A stretch of DNA of 37,873 nt from a virus (IMGVR_UViG_3300033076_000188:1-37873); one strand, 5' to 3'; shown: positions 1 to 10,474, counted from the first letter of the stretch. Notes: generated by a model not told the origin, from the sequence alone. Numbers and translations: made by a program.

Positions 1-58
1 GCGACCCCGGCACGAATGTCAGCTACGGCATCAAGTTCATCAACCAGCAGCAGTATGA
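1..58. repeat. Terminal direct repeat / circular overlap with 37816-37873
   Basis: 58 nt identical to 37816-37873 except position 32 (C) versus 37847 (T). The reading frame runs through the junction. Confidence 0.95.
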
Positions 59-443
59 CGGCATCGCGGTCAAGACGGTTACGTCTACATACCCGCAGGT
101 CATGTTTACCAACATGACTTACCCCGACATTGAGATGGTCGTTTACCCTAAGCCGACCCGCGATCTGGAATGGCATTTCATTTCGGTTGAAGAACTGACG
201 CAGCCTGCGTCGCTGTCAACTGAACTGCATTTTCCGCCCGGCTATCTTCGTGCGTTCCGCTATAACTTGGCGTGCGAAATGGCGCCTGAGTTTGGGATTG
301 AACCGCCCCCGACGATTATGCGCATCGCGATGGCGTCCAAGCGCGACCTGAAGCGCATCAACAACCCAGACGATATTATGTCGATGCCGTATAGCTTGGT
401 AACGCAGCGGCAGCGGTATAACATCTACGCGGGCAACTTCTAA
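3..443 (+). CDS. P22 gp4-like head-tail adaptor, 3' part (gene begins at 37548 and wraps the join; 236 aa in total)
   Basis: In frame with ATG 37548 across the overlap. Contains LHFPPGYLRAFRYNLACEMAPEFG and lies directly upstream of the gp10-like gene. Confidence 0.8.
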   Translation, partial: DPGTNVSYGIKFINQQQYDGIAVKTVTSTYPQVMFTNMTYPDIEMVVYPKPTRDLEWHFISVEELTQPASLSTELHFPPGYLRAFRYNLACEMAPEFGIEPPPTIMRIAMASKRDLKRINNPDDIMSMPYSLVTQRQRYNIYAGNF

Positions 444-1975
444 TGAAGTCGCCGATCCTTGGGTCGGCGTATGTCGCTCGTAGCGTCAACGCCGCTGCTA
501 ATCGCATGATTAACGTGTTCCCTGAGGTTGTACCTGAGGGTGGCATGGAGCCTGCGTATCTGCAACGCTGTCCCGGCCTTAAATTGCAGCGCGCGGTTGG
601 CACCGGCCCTATTCGTGGGCTTTGGGCACACCAGACGCGCGGCGACGACTATTATGTCGTGTCGGGCTTTGAAGTCTATAAGATGACGAGCCTTGACGGC
701 GTACCCGTCAAGCTGGGCGATGTGACGGGCACAGGCCCTGTGTCCATCGCAGATAACGGCACGCAGATTTTCTTTGCGTGCAATCCAGATGCGTTCATCT
801 ACGATGAATCTACGGGGTCGTTTACGCAGATCACGGACCCCGACTTCCCCGGCGCTGTCACCGTGGGTTATCTGGATGGCTATTTCGTGTTCAACGAACC
901 GAACAGCCAAAAGATTTGGGTCACGCAGCTTTACGACGGTTTTCAGGTTGACCCGCTCGACTTCGCCAGCGCCGAAGGCAGCCCTGACGGCGTGGTCGGC
1001 GTTCTGGTCGATCACCGCGAATGCTGGGTGTTTGGCACGGACAGCACGGAAGTCTGGTATAACGCAGGCAACCAAGACTTTCCGCTGTCGCCGATCCAAG
1101 GCGCGTTCAACGAAATCGGCTGCGCCGCACCGCATTCCATCGCCAAGATGGACAACACCGTGTTCTGGTTGGGCGCCGATGCGCGCGGCCAAGGTATCAT
1201 CTACCGGGCGTCTGGCTACACGGCGCAGCGCATTTCAACGCACGCGGTCGAATGGCGCATCCAGAGCTATCTGGATATGTCGGACGCTGTTGGCTACACA
1301 TACCAGCAGGACGGCCACGCTTTCTACGTCCTTTCGTTCCCTTCGGCGGACGAGACTTGGGTATTTGATGCGGCCACGGGTGCATGGCACCAGCGGTCGT
1401 CATATTCAGCGCAGGCGACATCCGAAGGTGCGTTCGACCCGACAGCGTTCTACGAAGATGCTTTCTACACTGCGTCCTTCGTTAACCCGTCGAGCAGCAG
1501 CGGCTCTTTCTCCCGCCACCGCAGCATCTGTCAGTGTAATTTCCAAGGCAATATCGTCGTAGGCGATTACGCTAATGGCAACGTCTACACGCTTGACCTG
1601 ACCACATACCAAGACAACGGCATCGCCCAGCGCTGGCTGCGGTCTTGGCGCGCGCTTCCGGCAGGGCAGAATAACCTCCTGCGCACGGCGCAGCATTTCC
1701 TTCAGATTGAATTTGAGTCCGGCGTGGGCTTGACGGAGGGCCTTGGTTCTGATCCGCAGGTCATGCTGCGCTGGTCGGACGATGGCGGCCATACTTGGTC
1801 TAACGAGCATTGGACTTCTATGGGCAAGATCGGTGCGACCGGAACCCGCGCCTTGTGGCGGCGTCTTGGGATGACGCTGAAATTGCGCGACCGCGTGTAT
1901 GAGGTGTCCGGCAGCGATCCGGTGCCTTTGTATATTATGGGGGCTGAACTATTGATGACGGGTACTCGTGCCTAA
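443..1975 (+). CDS. P22 gp10-like tail hub / packaged-DNA stabilisation protein
   Basis: 510 aa, beta-propeller-like. Motifs DGYFVFNEPNSQ, FASAEGSPDG, LRWSDDGGHTWSNE and WRRLG; synteny after the gp4-like gene. Confidence 0.85.
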   Translation: MKSPILGSAYVARSVNAAANRMINVFPEVVPEGGMEPAYLQRCPGLKLQRAVGTGPIRGLWAHQTRGDDYYVVSGFEVYKMTSLDGVPVKLGDVTGTGPVSIADNGTQIFFACNPDAFIYDESTGSFTQITDPDFPGAVTVGYLDGYFVFNEPNSQKIWVTQLYDGFQVDPLDFASAEGSPDGVVGVLVDHRECWVFGTDSTEVWYNAGNQDFPLSPIQGAFNEIGCAAPHSIAKMDNTVFWLGADARGQGIIYRASGYTAQRISTHAVEWRIQSYLDMSDAVGYTYQQDGHAFYVLSFPSADETWVFDAATGAWHQRSSYSAQATSEGAFDPTAFYEDAFYTASFVNPSSSSGSFSRHRSICQCNFQGNIVVGDYANGNVYTLDLTTYQDNGIAQRWLRSWRALPAGQNNLLRTAQHFLQIEFESGVGLTEGLGSDPQVMLRWSDDGGHTWSNEHWTSMGKIGATGTRALWRRLGMTLKLRDRVYEVSGSDPVPLYIMGAELLMTGTRA

Positions 1976-2606
1976 TCCGACGCTCACCAACATCCCCGCA
2001 TCGCGCGTTCCGATTACGAACGACGCGAATAGCATCGTGTCGCGCGAATGGTATCGGTTCTTCTTCAATCTGTTCGGTGCGGCAGGCAGCGGTGAAGCCA
2101 ATTCAAACGTAACTGAACAAAGCATCGCGCCGATCTACACGCCGCATACCGACTTTAAGCGTTACGGATCGTTTTACGACACATCGACGCAAACCGCTGC
2201 CGTAATCAACACCGCTTACCCGATTACGATCAACTCCACGACGATCACAAATGGCGTGTATATTGGATCACCTACGTCGCGGGTTTATGTTGACCGACCG
2301 GGCATCTATAATTTCCAATTCTCAATCCAGCTTATTAAAACAACCGCGAGCGCCAAAAACGTTTACATCTGGTATCGCGTAAACGGCGTTGATGCGACAA
2401 ATTCAGCCACTAGCGTAACTTTGGTCGGCAACAGCGCGGCGACTGTCGCCGCGTGGAATTTTGTGCTAAACATGAACGCTGGTGATTATTTTGAACTTGT
2501 ATGGTCTACTGACGACACAAGCTGCCAAATTCTAGCAGCCGCCGCCGTAGCCCCCGTGCCCGCGATCCCATCCGTCATATTGACGGTGACGGACAACATT
2601 AACTGA
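1968..2606 (+). CDS. Tail protein in the P22 gp26 (needle) position with a beta-rich C-terminal domain
   Basis: N-terminus IPASRVP..VSREWYRFF, beta-sandwich-like C-terminus, GTG start overlapping the upstream stop. Confidence 0.55.
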   Translation: MPNPTLTNIPASRVPITNDANSIVSREWYRFFFNLFGAAGSGEANSNVTEQSIAPIYTPHTDFKRYGSFYDTSTQTAAVINTAYPITINSTTITNGVYIGSPTSRVYVDRPGIYNFQFSIQLIKTTASAKNVYIWYRVNGVDATNSATSVTLVGNSAATVAAWNFVLNMNAGDYFELVWSTDDTSCQILAAAAVAPVPAIPSVILTVTDNIN

Positions 2607-2614
2607 GGTAGATT

Positions 2615-3403
2615 ATGGCTGTTCTTGCTCCAGCACCTAAAGCGCAGTTCTTTGACGCTACGGGCGCGCCGTTAGTTGGCGGTAAAGTGTACACTTACGC
2701 GGCGGGGACGACTACGCCGCTGGCGACGTTTACCGACGCTTCGGCCACCACGCCAAACACCAATCCGGTCATTCTTGACTCTCGCGGCGAGTGTAACCTG
2801 TGGTTCTCCACGGCGACCAGCTACAAAGTTGTCCTGAAGAACGCCGACGATGTGACGCAATGGACGGTCGATAACATCTCCACTTACGGTACGATTGCGT
2901 CGCAGAACGCCAATAACGTCAGCATTACGGGCGGTACGATCACCGGGATTACTGCGACGTTTAACGTCACAGGCAACGTGTCCGGCAACGCAGGCACCGT
3001 CACCAATGGCGTCTATTTGACGGCCACGCAGACGCTGACCAACAAGACCCTCACGGGGCTTGCCAGCGCGTCCACCGTCAACGACAGCGCAGGCACGGGC
3101 TACACAATCGGCTATCGTAAGTTCCCGCAGAGCACGAACACCACGGTCGCCGCATCGGATGTCAATAAGCATCTTTACGTTGGCGCCACGACCACCGTGC
3201 CGTCGGGCGTCTTTACGGCGGGCGATAACTTCATCGTCGTCAACAGCACCAGCGGTAGCATCACCATCACGCAGGGCGCAGGCACCACGCTGCGTCTGGC
3301 GGGTTCGGCCACCACGGGCAGCCGCACGCTGGCTGCTTACGGCGTCGCTAACGTGCTGTGCGTCGGCAGCGAAACCTTTTACGTCAGCGGCAACGTCACC
3401 TAG
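2615..3403 (+). CDS. Tail fibre / tailspike-like protein with N-terminal virion-binding domain
   Basis: N-terminus QFFDATGAPLVGGKVYTYAAGTTTPLATFTD..NPVILDSRGE typical of podovirus spike attachment domains. Thr/Gly-rich shaft. RBS GAGGT. Confidence 0.75.
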   Translation: MAVLAPAPKAQFFDATGAPLVGGKVYTYAAGTTTPLATFTDASATTPNTNPVILDSRGECNLWFSTATSYKVVLKNADDVTQWTVDNISTYGTIASQNANNVSITGGTITGITATFNVTGNVSGNAGTVTNGVYLTATQTLTNKTLTGLASASTVNDSAGTGYTIGYRKFPQSTNTTVAASDVNKHLYVGATTTVPSGVFTAGDNFIVVNSTSGSITITQGAGTTLRLAGSATTGSRTLAAYGVANVLCVGSETFYVSGNVT

Positions 3404-3415
3404 TAGGATCGCAAC

Positions 3416-3751
3416 ATGACTGTTACGGCCAAAAATATTATCCCCGCGAAGAACGCTGAGAACGCGCAGACGACGCAATATGTTGCGACGGACGTGACGA
3501 CGATCATCGACAAGTTCACCGCTACGAACTTCAGCAGCGGCATGGTCAATATCAGTGTGAACCTCGCGGCAGTCGGCACGGCCACGGGTAACGACAACCT
3601 GATCGTCAAGCAGAAGACTTTGCAGGCGGGCGAGACGTACACGTTCCCTGAATTGGTCGGCCATATTCTGCCGCCGGGCGGCTTCATCTCGACACTGGCT
3701 TCGGCGGCGGCTGCCGTCAACATTCGTGCGTCAGGCCGCGAGATTAGCTAA
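3416..3751 (+). CDS. Small virion structural protein
   Basis: 111 aa, beta-rich, AGGA RBS, within the tail operon. Confidence 0.6.
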   Translation: MTVTAKNIIPAKNAENAQTTQYVATDVTTIIDKFTATNFSSGMVNISVNLAAVGTATGNDNLIVKQKTLQAGETYTFPELVGHILPPGGFISTLASAAAAVNIRASGREIS

Positions 3752-4170
3752 TGTTGACGCGGTGTTACGATGCGGCGCAAGTAAACGCCATCGTAAACCA
3801 CCCGGAAGTGCGTCCGCACGTCGGCGCACCTGAACTTGGCGACCTTGATTTGACGGACGCCGTGCGCCGGCCAGAGCATTGGTTTTTGATGGGCGAGCAT
3901 GGCGGGTTCATGCTGGGTTGGTCAGCCCCCGAAGTCCGCGAAGTCCATACATTTATCTTGCCTTCGGGGCGCGGGAAATGGGCGGAAGCCGCGCGGCGGT
4001 CGATGCTGAACTACGCCAAATACCACGGCGCAAAGATGCTTTGGACAAAGATTTACGAAAAAGACCGCCACGTTATTCGCTACGCACGACAAGGGGGTAT
4101 GCAATTCACCGGAGACGTGCTAGAAACCTTCGGTAAACCATACCGAATTTACAGGATGGAGTTAAGCTAA
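3751..4170 (+). CDS. GNAT-fold acetyltransferase-like protein (P22 gp14 position)
   Basis: EVHTFILPSGRGKW acetyl-CoA-binding-like motif; directly precedes the ejection proteins. Confidence 0.6.
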   Translation: MLTRCYDAAQVNAIVNHPEVRPHVGAPELGDLDLTDAVRRPEHWFLMGEHGGFMLGWSAPEVREVHTFILPSGRGKWAEAARRSMLNYAKYHGAKMLWTKIYEKDRHVIRYARQGGMQFTGDVLETFGKPYRIYRMELS

Positions 4171-4964
4171 TGCCAGTTGCTGCTGTTCTTGGGGCGGCTG
4201 TTGTCGGGGCGGGTGTAAACGCATATACCGCCAGCAAAGCAGCCAAAGCACAAAAAAATGCCGCGAACGCTGCCACCGCCGCGCAGCAAGAGATGTTCAA
4301 CAAACAGCTTGAACTTCAAGAGCCGTTTCGTCAGGGCGGCCTGACTGCGCAACAGCAGATCATGCAGTTGCTCGGTCTTGGTGGCGACGCGAACGCCGAA
4401 GGTTATGGCAGCCTTGCCAAGCCTTTCGGCATGGAGCAGTTCCAAGCTGACCCCGGCTACGCTTTTCGTCAGGCCGAGGCGCAGAAGGCGTTGGAGCGGT
4501 CTGCGTCTGCGCGAGGTATGCTGTTGTCTGGTTCGACGCTGAAGGGTATTGAACGCTACAGTCAAGACTTGGCGAGCCAAGAATACCAGAACGCATTTAA
4601 CCGCTATCAGATTGAACGCGCTGCGCGGCTTAACCCGCTTCAGTCGCTCATGGGTTCGGGGCAGTCGTCAGCCAACACCATGACCAACGCCGCCGCCAAT
4701 TTTGGTAATCAGAAAGCACAAAACCTTATGAACGCGGGGCAAGCCCGCGCATCTGGGTATGTCGGCGTAGGTAACGCCATATCTGGCGCGCTTAACAGCG
4801 CCGCTAACGCCTACGCTATGCAACCAATCTACAACGCGCAGATCAATGCGCTGAATAGGTTAAACGCACCTTCATACGGCAGCGGCTACGGTGATTTTGG
4901 GTCTATATCGTCTACTACACCGAACAACTATATGTACGGCGGGCTTAACCCCTACGCTGGATAA
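4170..4964 (+). CDS. DNA ejection/transfer protein (P22 gp7-like)
   Basis: Ala/Gly/Gln-rich with hydrophobic N-terminus. Motif DPGYAFR..ALERSASARG.LLSGSTLK. Confidence 0.75.
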   Translation: MPVAAVLGAAVVGAGVNAYTASKAAKAQKNAANAATAAQQEMFNKQLELQEPFRQGGLTAQQQIMQLLGLGGDANAEGYGSLAKPFGMEQFQADPGYAFRQAEAQKALERSASARGMLLSGSTLKGIERYSQDLASQEYQNAFNRYQIERAARLNPLQSLMGSGQSSANTMTNAAANFGNQKAQNLMNAGQARASGYVGVGNAISGALNSAANAYAMQPIYNAQINALNRLNAPSYGSGYGDFGSISSTTPNNYMYGGLNPYAG

Positions 4965-4973
4965 GGTTTAAAC

Positions 4974-6644
4974 ATGGCTAATAACATGATCGCCCTTCAG
5001 GCCCGCGCCCCGCAATCTAGCGGGTTGGGCGGTATCATCCAGCAGAACGCTCAACTCATCAATATGATGACGCAGCAGCGCGCGGCTGAAGCCGAACGCG
5101 CCCAGCGTCAGGCGAAGATGGAGCAGGACGCGGCGGTCGCCAAACAGGCGCTGGAAGAGGGCGGGTATAAAACCATGTCTGCCCAGCAGAAAGCCGTTAA
5201 GGACTTTATGGAGTTGTCGTACGAAGGTATTCGTCAGTCGCGAAACCCTGAAGACGTGATGTTGATCGCAAATGCGCTGAAGCAGCAGTTTAACAATCCT
5301 GTTTTTCACCAAATGATTGACGTGACTGTCGGCCAACTGCCTAAAGACCCTGCGCAGTTTTCTGCGTGGAAGGATCAGTCGCTGTTTAATACGATGTCCA
5401 ATGCGGAGCAGATGGGCTTTAAGATTGCCAAGCCTAAATCTGAAGTCATCTACGACGCTGGCGGCGGCGCTTATGAGGCGCGAATTGGTGGCGTTCCGGG
5501 CAGCGGTCAAGGTGCATACGCGCTTGAAACCTACACTCTTGACAACGCGCCTGCGACGCCGACGCGCAAAGGCGAGGTCACGCTTGAGCCGTCGGTTACT
5601 GTCGAAGGCGGCGAAGGGGGTCCGTACGAACCGGCGCCGCAGGCTATTGCGCCCGGCGCTACGCCGTCGGACCCAGTTGTTGACTTGCGCAATGCGCTAG
5701 CGAACGTCCGTAATGATGCCGAATATCAGCAATGGCTGAACGCAGCCGGACGTATATTCCCTGACTTCGCTGCGGAAGCGCGTCAATATACACCCAAATT
5801 TAACCCAGCCGTCGTGCAAAGGATGATCGCTGCGGCAGATGGTTATATTAAGGGGCAAGACCCTGACCAAGCCGCCGCCGCCGCGCCCCCTGCTACGGCA
5901 GCAGCAGACTTTCCTATGGTCGCAGGCCCTCGTGGTGGTCCGTATGTTGCAACAGGGAAACAGTTCGTGGGACGCAACCCGTCGATGGGCCAGTACCCCG
6001 GCTCGGCGCTTGTCGCGCCTGCGGTTTTGGGTCGACAAGCCGCTGCTGAAGAGGCAGGCAAGCAAGGCGTGCGAGTGTCCACAGAGCCTTTGATCGCGGG
6101 TGGTACGGCAAAAGCCACTGAACGCGCGAAAAGTGACACTGCATTTCTTGACGCATACCCCGGTGCTAAAGACAGCGCACAGCAAATGCTTTCGCTTATT
6201 GACCAAATGATTGGCGATCTTAGCGTCAAAAACGGTCGGATGGTTAAAGGCAAACGCCCACCGCATCCCGGCTTTGAAGATGTCATCGGCGCTACATGGC
6301 GCCCCGGCGCGCGGTTTTTCCCCGCGACTAACGCCGCTGATTTTGACGCGCTATTTGAGCAAGTCGGAGGGGGCGCGTTCATGGACGCGTATAAAACCCT
6401 TAAAGGTACAGGCCAAATCACCGAAAAAGAAGGTGAAAAGGCAACTGCCGCTATTACGCGCATGAGCCGCAGCCAATCCGAAGTTGGGTTTGTACAAGCC
6501 GCGCGCGAATTTGCAAATGTAATTCGCACTGCGGTTGCCCGAGCTGACGCGCGTGCAGCTAAACTGCAAGGTAAAACACCGACTTCAGCCAGCCAGCGCG
6601 GACGTATTTTGAGATACAATCCCGCTACGGGAGAACTTGAATAA
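4974..6644 (+). CDS. Putative DNA ejection protein (gp20 position)
   Basis: 556 aa, helical, Ala/Gln-rich; synteny only. Confidence 0.55.
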   Translation: MANNMIALQARAPQSSGLGGIIQQNAQLINMMTQQRAAEAERAQRQAKMEQDAAVAKQALEEGGYKTMSAQQKAVKDFMELSYEGIRQSRNPEDVMLIANALKQQFNNPVFHQMIDVTVGQLPKDPAQFSAWKDQSLFNTMSNAEQMGFKIAKPKSEVIYDAGGGAYEARIGGVPGSGQGAYALETYTLDNAPATPTRKGEVTLEPSVTVEGGEGGPYEPAPQAIAPGATPSDPVVDLRNALANVRNDAEYQQWLNAAGRIFPDFAAEARQYTPKFNPAVVQRMIAAADGYIKGQDPDQAAAAAPPATAAADFPMVAGPRGGPYVATGKQFVGRNPSMGQYPGSALVAPAVLGRQAAAEEAGKQGVRVSTEPLIAGGTAKATERAKSDTAFLDAYPGAKDSAQQMLSLIDQMIGDLSVKNGRMVKGKRPPHPGFEDVIGATWRPGARFFPATNAADFDALFEQVGGGAFMDAYKTLKGTGQITEKEGEKATAAITRMSRSQSEVGFVQAAREFANVIRTAVARADARAAKLQGKTPTSASQRGRILRYNPATGELE

Positions 6645-8905
6645 TGACTATTAGGGTTTACGCGCCTAATGGGGACATTGCAGAGTTTCCAAACGGGACA
6701 TCGCCTGCCACGATTAAGAAAGTCATGGCGGCTAAGTATGGCGCGCCTAAAGGCGGTAAGAAAGCAGCGCCTAAAGAAGCCGGAACGGTCGAATCGTTGC
6801 TGTCGGGTTTTCGGTCGGGTCTGCAAGATGTTACGTCTAACATCCCCAATCCTTTAGAGTACATCACTAACCTAACGCTTTCGCCAGAAAAACAAGCCGC
6901 TATCGCTAAAGGCCGTAAGGCTCTTGATGTACGCGCACGCGAAATTGAAAAACAAAGTCCGTATCTGTACGGTGGCGGACGCGTTGGTGGCCAAATTGTA
7001 GCGACGGCGCCAATCCTTAATGCGTTGGCGGCTGGCGTCGGTGGCGCGGGACAAGTAATATTTAAAGTCGCGCCGCGCGCTGGTAAGATTGTGGCGGAAA
7101 CAGGTCGCGTTATTCCTGCTGGCGGCTTTGGTGCTAAGTCGAAAGTCGCGCGCATTGCGGCTGGCGCTGCGGCTGGCGGTGCAACCGCTGCCGCTACCAA
7201 TCAGGACGTAACGACAGGCGCTGGCGTCGGCGCGGCTATCCCCGTGATCGGCGGTGTCCTCGGAAAAACTTTTGGCGCAGGTTATGATGTCGTGGCGAAG
7301 CGCGTCGGTAAAGTTAAAGCCGCGCAAATGCTGCGTAAGTCTATTGGCGATAACCTCGACAAAGTTAAAGCTACGTTAGCGCAAGCTACCGACGATGAGC
7401 GCGCGTCGCTGCTTTCATTCTTGGAATCCAAAGGCGTTCGCATCCCACAACTTGCAGCGCTTGAAAAAAATGTGCGCCAAAGCCCGTCTAACGCACCGCT
7501 GCTTCAGACTTCGGCTGCGATGGAGCAAGAACTGTCTGCTTTGCGTAAGCAAGCACGCCGCGGCGGCGCTACGGCTACGGAAGCCGAAAACATTGTGGCT
7601 CAGCGTCGCAAAGAACTGATGGACGCAACCGAGCCTATGCGTCAGGCAGGGCTTGAAGCCGCCGACATCGGGCGTACCCAAGTGCTTCCGTTAGAGCGCC
7701 AAGCGGCTGGACAAGTAAACCAAGCAAACGCAATGACTGCTTCAGGGCTTGTCCCGCGTATGCGCGGGCTAGAAGGGCGGTCGCAAGAGCAAATATCTAT
7801 GACGTTTCAAAACCCTGAATTATTTACGCTAGGTGGCCCGCTGGTGCGAACTGGTCAAATAGCTGAAGGTGCTGGTCAGCGCGCTGACGATGCTATTGAA
7901 TTGCAAACAGCGTTGCGTGACGCAGCCCGCGAAAGCGAACAGCAGGCGGCGCAGCTTCGCGCGCAAGGCAACAAACCGATTGACGTTAACCCTCTGCTGT
8001 CAAAACTGCGCGGCGACGCAGCACAAGCACAGCACGTTAACCCAGATCGGTTTGCTATTCTCAGTGATTTTGCAAACCGAATTGAAGCCCGCGCACAACA
8101 GATGGGCGGCGTTATTGACGCTAATGGCTTGTATGAACTGCGTAAGAACCTTAACCAGAGCATTGAGAAATTGCTGGCCGGACGCGATCCGTCGTCGATC
8201 CAAAAAGCCACATCGTCAATTCTCAGCGAAGTCCGGCCAAATATCGACCAAGCGTTTAAGGCGGCTGGCGGCGATGAACTGCTTCAGTCGATTGACGTGG
8301 TGGCGAAAGGTCTTGACGATCTGGAGCAGCAGACCGTCGCTAACGCGCTAACCCGCTTGCAGCAGCGCCGCCCCGATACCTTTGTACGGATTATGGGTGG
8401 CGAGGAACCGGGCGCGGTGCGTATTCTCACCCAAGGTAAAACTGGCGATATTAATCAAGCACTCGGCGCGCGGTTTACCGACGTGCAAAAGTTGACGCGT
8501 CCAACCGAAGATATTGCCAGCCGAAATAAATTTTACATTCCTGACGAAATGCCGTTTGCCGCCGACTACCGCAAAGGTATCGCGTCGGAAGTCGGCGACA
8601 TTATGCAGGCAGGTGTGCCAATGCCTGTGCGCGCCACTAGCCGTTTGATGGAGGCTAAACTTCCCGGCGGCGGTCGCGCAGGCGCGGTGTTAGAAGGCCG
8701 CTACGGCGAATATATGAAGAATAAAATTCTCAACGAATTGGCGCCGATGCTGGCGTCGCCGCAAAACGCTATGGCTGGTTTAGGTGTGCAACCGACATCG
8801 GAAGTTCTGTCTAACTATTTGCAAGGGTTGTCGCCTGCCGCGCGCAACACGTTTGCACGTTCATTGCTTTCAGGTGCTATGTACGGCACGCAACCCAACT
8901 ATTAA
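6644..8905 (+). CDS. Putative large DNA ejection protein (gp16 position)
   Basis: 753 aa with a Gly/Ala-rich hydrophobic segment (GAAAGGATAAA..GAGVGAAIPVIGG) and coiled coils; synteny. Confidence 0.55.
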   Translation: MTIRVYAPNGDIAEFPNGTSPATIKKVMAAKYGAPKGGKKAAPKEAGTVESLLSGFRSGLQDVTSNIPNPLEYITNLTLSPEKQAAIAKGRKALDVRAREIEKQSPYLYGGGRVGGQIVATAPILNALAAGVGGAGQVIFKVAPRAGKIVAETGRVIPAGGFGAKSKVARIAAGAAAGGATAAATNQDVTTGAGVGAAIPVIGGVLGKTFGAGYDVVAKRVGKVKAAQMLRKSIGDNLDKVKATLAQATDDERASLLSFLESKGVRIPQLAALEKNVRQSPSNAPLLQTSAAMEQELSALRKQARRGGATATEAENIVAQRRKELMDATEPMRQAGLEAADIGRTQVLPLERQAAGQVNQANAMTASGLVPRMRGLEGRSQEQISMTFQNPELFTLGGPLVRTGQIAEGAGQRADDAIELQTALRDAARESEQQAAQLRAQGNKPIDVNPLLSKLRGDAAQAQHVNPDRFAILSDFANRIEARAQQMGGVIDANGLYELRKNLNQSIEKLLAGRDPSSIQKATSSILSEVRPNIDQAFKAAGGDELLQSIDVVAKGLDDLEQQTVANALTRLQQRRPDTFVRIMGGEEPGAVRILTQGKTGDINQALGARFTDVQKLTRPTEDIASRNKFYIPDEMPFAADYRKGIASEVGDIMQAGVPMPVRATSRLMEAKLPGGGRAGAVLEGRYGEYMKNKILNELAPMLASPQNAMAGLGVQPTSEVLSNYLQGLSPAARNTFARSLLSGAMYGTQPNY

Positions 8906-8919
8906 CGCAGGGGCTAGAA

Positions 8920-9090
8920 GTGAACACCATCGACCAGACCGAAGCACGTCTCAACACCCATGAGGAGGTTTGCGCCCTGCGTTACGAAAGTATCTGCGCT
9001 CGTTTAAAGCGTCTTGAAGGCGTCGGCGTCACTGTCGCTGGCGCCATCATCGTGCTTCTCGTCAACATTGTAATAAAGATGAACGGATAA
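8920..9090 (+). CDS. Small coiled-coil + transmembrane protein, holin/XhlA-like (not in the ORF track)
   Basis: GTG start, 56 aa MNTIDQTEARLNTHEEVCALRYESICARLKRLEGVGVTVAGAIIVLLVNIVIKMNG. Its stop overlaps the next ATG (TAATG). Confidence 0.7.
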   Translation: MNTIDQTEARLNTHEEVCALRYESICARLKRLEGVGVTVAGAIIVLLVNIVIKMNG

Positions 9091-10043
9091 TGGCTGTCTC
9101 TGACGAAGAGTTTATCGCCGCTTGGGAGGCCGGGCGGCGCAGTCCGTCAATAGTTGCCCAAATCCTCAACATTAACCCGCGCAACGTCCACAAACGTCGC
9201 AATGCGCTCGCCAAAAAAGGCGTCGTACTAAGCACGGTTGATTACGCCAACCGCCGGGACAACCACGGCTGGCGTGACGTAGGCCGCGCGTATAAGCGCC
9301 AGAACGACTACAGCATCGACACGGGCTGCATCATCGTGTTCTCGGACGCGCACTGGTGGCCTGACCAACCCAAGTCGGCGTCGCATGAGGCGCTGCTGAC
9401 GCTCATTAAAGAACTGAAGCCGCAGGCTGTCATCGCTAACGGCGACGTGTTCGACGGTGCGCGGGTGTCGCGTCACGCGCCGCTCGGCTGGGTCGATCTG
9501 CCGACTGTCAAGCAGGAACTCGACATCTGCGACGAATACCTGCACGAAATTCAGATGGCGTCAAAGACCAAGGCTTGCTCGTTTTTCTGGAACGTCGGCA
9601 ACCACGATCAACGCTTTGACCGTATGCTGGTGCAGAACGCTGCCGAATATGAAGGCGTCGTGTCGCGTCTGGAAGACCGCTTCTCGACGTGGAACTTTGC
9701 GTGGAGCCTGAACGTCAACGATCACACGATGGTCAAGCACCGCTACCATAACGGCATTCACGCAGGCTATAATAACACCCTGAAGTCAGGCCGCAGCATC
9801 GTCACGGGGCACCTGCACCGCCTGCTGGTGACGCCGTGGGGCGACTATAACGGTCGGCGCTACGGCGTGGACACCGGGACGTTGAGCGATCCGCTGGCAC
9901 CGCAGTTTGAGTATGGCGAAAACAACCCGACGCCGCATTGCTCTGGTTTTGCCGTGCTGTCCTTCAAGGACGGAATGTTGTTGCCGCCCGAACTTTGCGA
10001 AGTTATAAACGGCGACGCTTATTTTAGAGGGCAGCAAATCTAA
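9090..10043 (+). CDS. Calcineurin-like metallophosphoesterase with N-terminal HTH-like segment
   Basis: Motifs SDAH, NGDVFD, GNHD, KH and GHLH in the canonical order. Confidence 0.85.
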   Translation: MAVSDEEFIAAWEAGRRSPSIVAQILNINPRNVHKRRNALAKKGVVLSTVDYANRRDNHGWRDVGRAYKRQNDYSIDTGCIIVFSDAHWWPDQPKSASHEALLTLIKELKPQAVIANGDVFDGARVSRHAPLGWVDLPTVKQELDICDEYLHEIQMASKTKACSFFWNVGNHDQRFDRMLVQNAAEYEGVVSRLEDRFSTWNFAWSLNVNDHTMVKHRYHNGIHAGYNNTLKSGRSIVTGHLHRLLVTPWGDYNGRRYGVDTGTLSDPLAPQFEYGENNPTPHCSGFAVLSFKDGMLLPPELCEVINGDAYFRGQQI

Positions 10044-10474
10044 TGGCAAAGCTAGGCCCCGTCAAATACCTGACCATTCACTGCGCCGCGACGCCAGAAG
10101 GTCGTCATGTGACGGCTGAACAGATCACGGAATGGGACAAGGCCAAGTTCGGTCAGACCAGCTACCATTGGGTTGTTGAGTTGGACGGCGTGATGCGTCG
10201 CACACTGCGCGACGACCAGAAGGGCGCGCACGTCGGCGGCCACAACACAGGTAATATCGGCATCTGCTATGTCGGCGGCGTCGATAAGAAGCTGAACCCG
10301 AAGGACACGCGCACCGAAGCGCAAAAGAAATCGCTCCTGACGCTCATTCGGACGTACAAGGAACGATACCCCGGCATCATCATTCGCGGTCACCGCGACT
10401 GGCCGGGCGTCAGGAAAGCCTGCCCGTCGTTTGACGCGACGGCGTGGCTTAAAGAAACAGGAGATTTGAAATGA
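10043..10474 (+). CDS. Endolysin, N-acetylmuramoyl-L-alanine amidase (T7 lysozyme-like)
   Basis: Zn ligands in IHCAAT, SYHWVV, GAHVGGHN..IGICYVGG and GHRD..KACPSF. Confidence 0.92.
   Translation: MAKLGPVKYLTIHCAATPEGRHVTAEQITEWDKAKFGQTSYHWVVELDGVMRRTLRDDQKGAHVGGHNTGNIGICYVGGVDKKLNPKDTRTEAQKKSLLTLIRTYKERYPGIIIRGHRDWPGVRKACPSFDATAWLKETGDLK

Noticed and set aside
774-1562. 262-aa same-strand alternative-frame ORF inside the gp10-like gene
   Set aside because: Arg/Ser/Thr-rich off-frame translation with no domain motif, unlike the intein-nested ORF.
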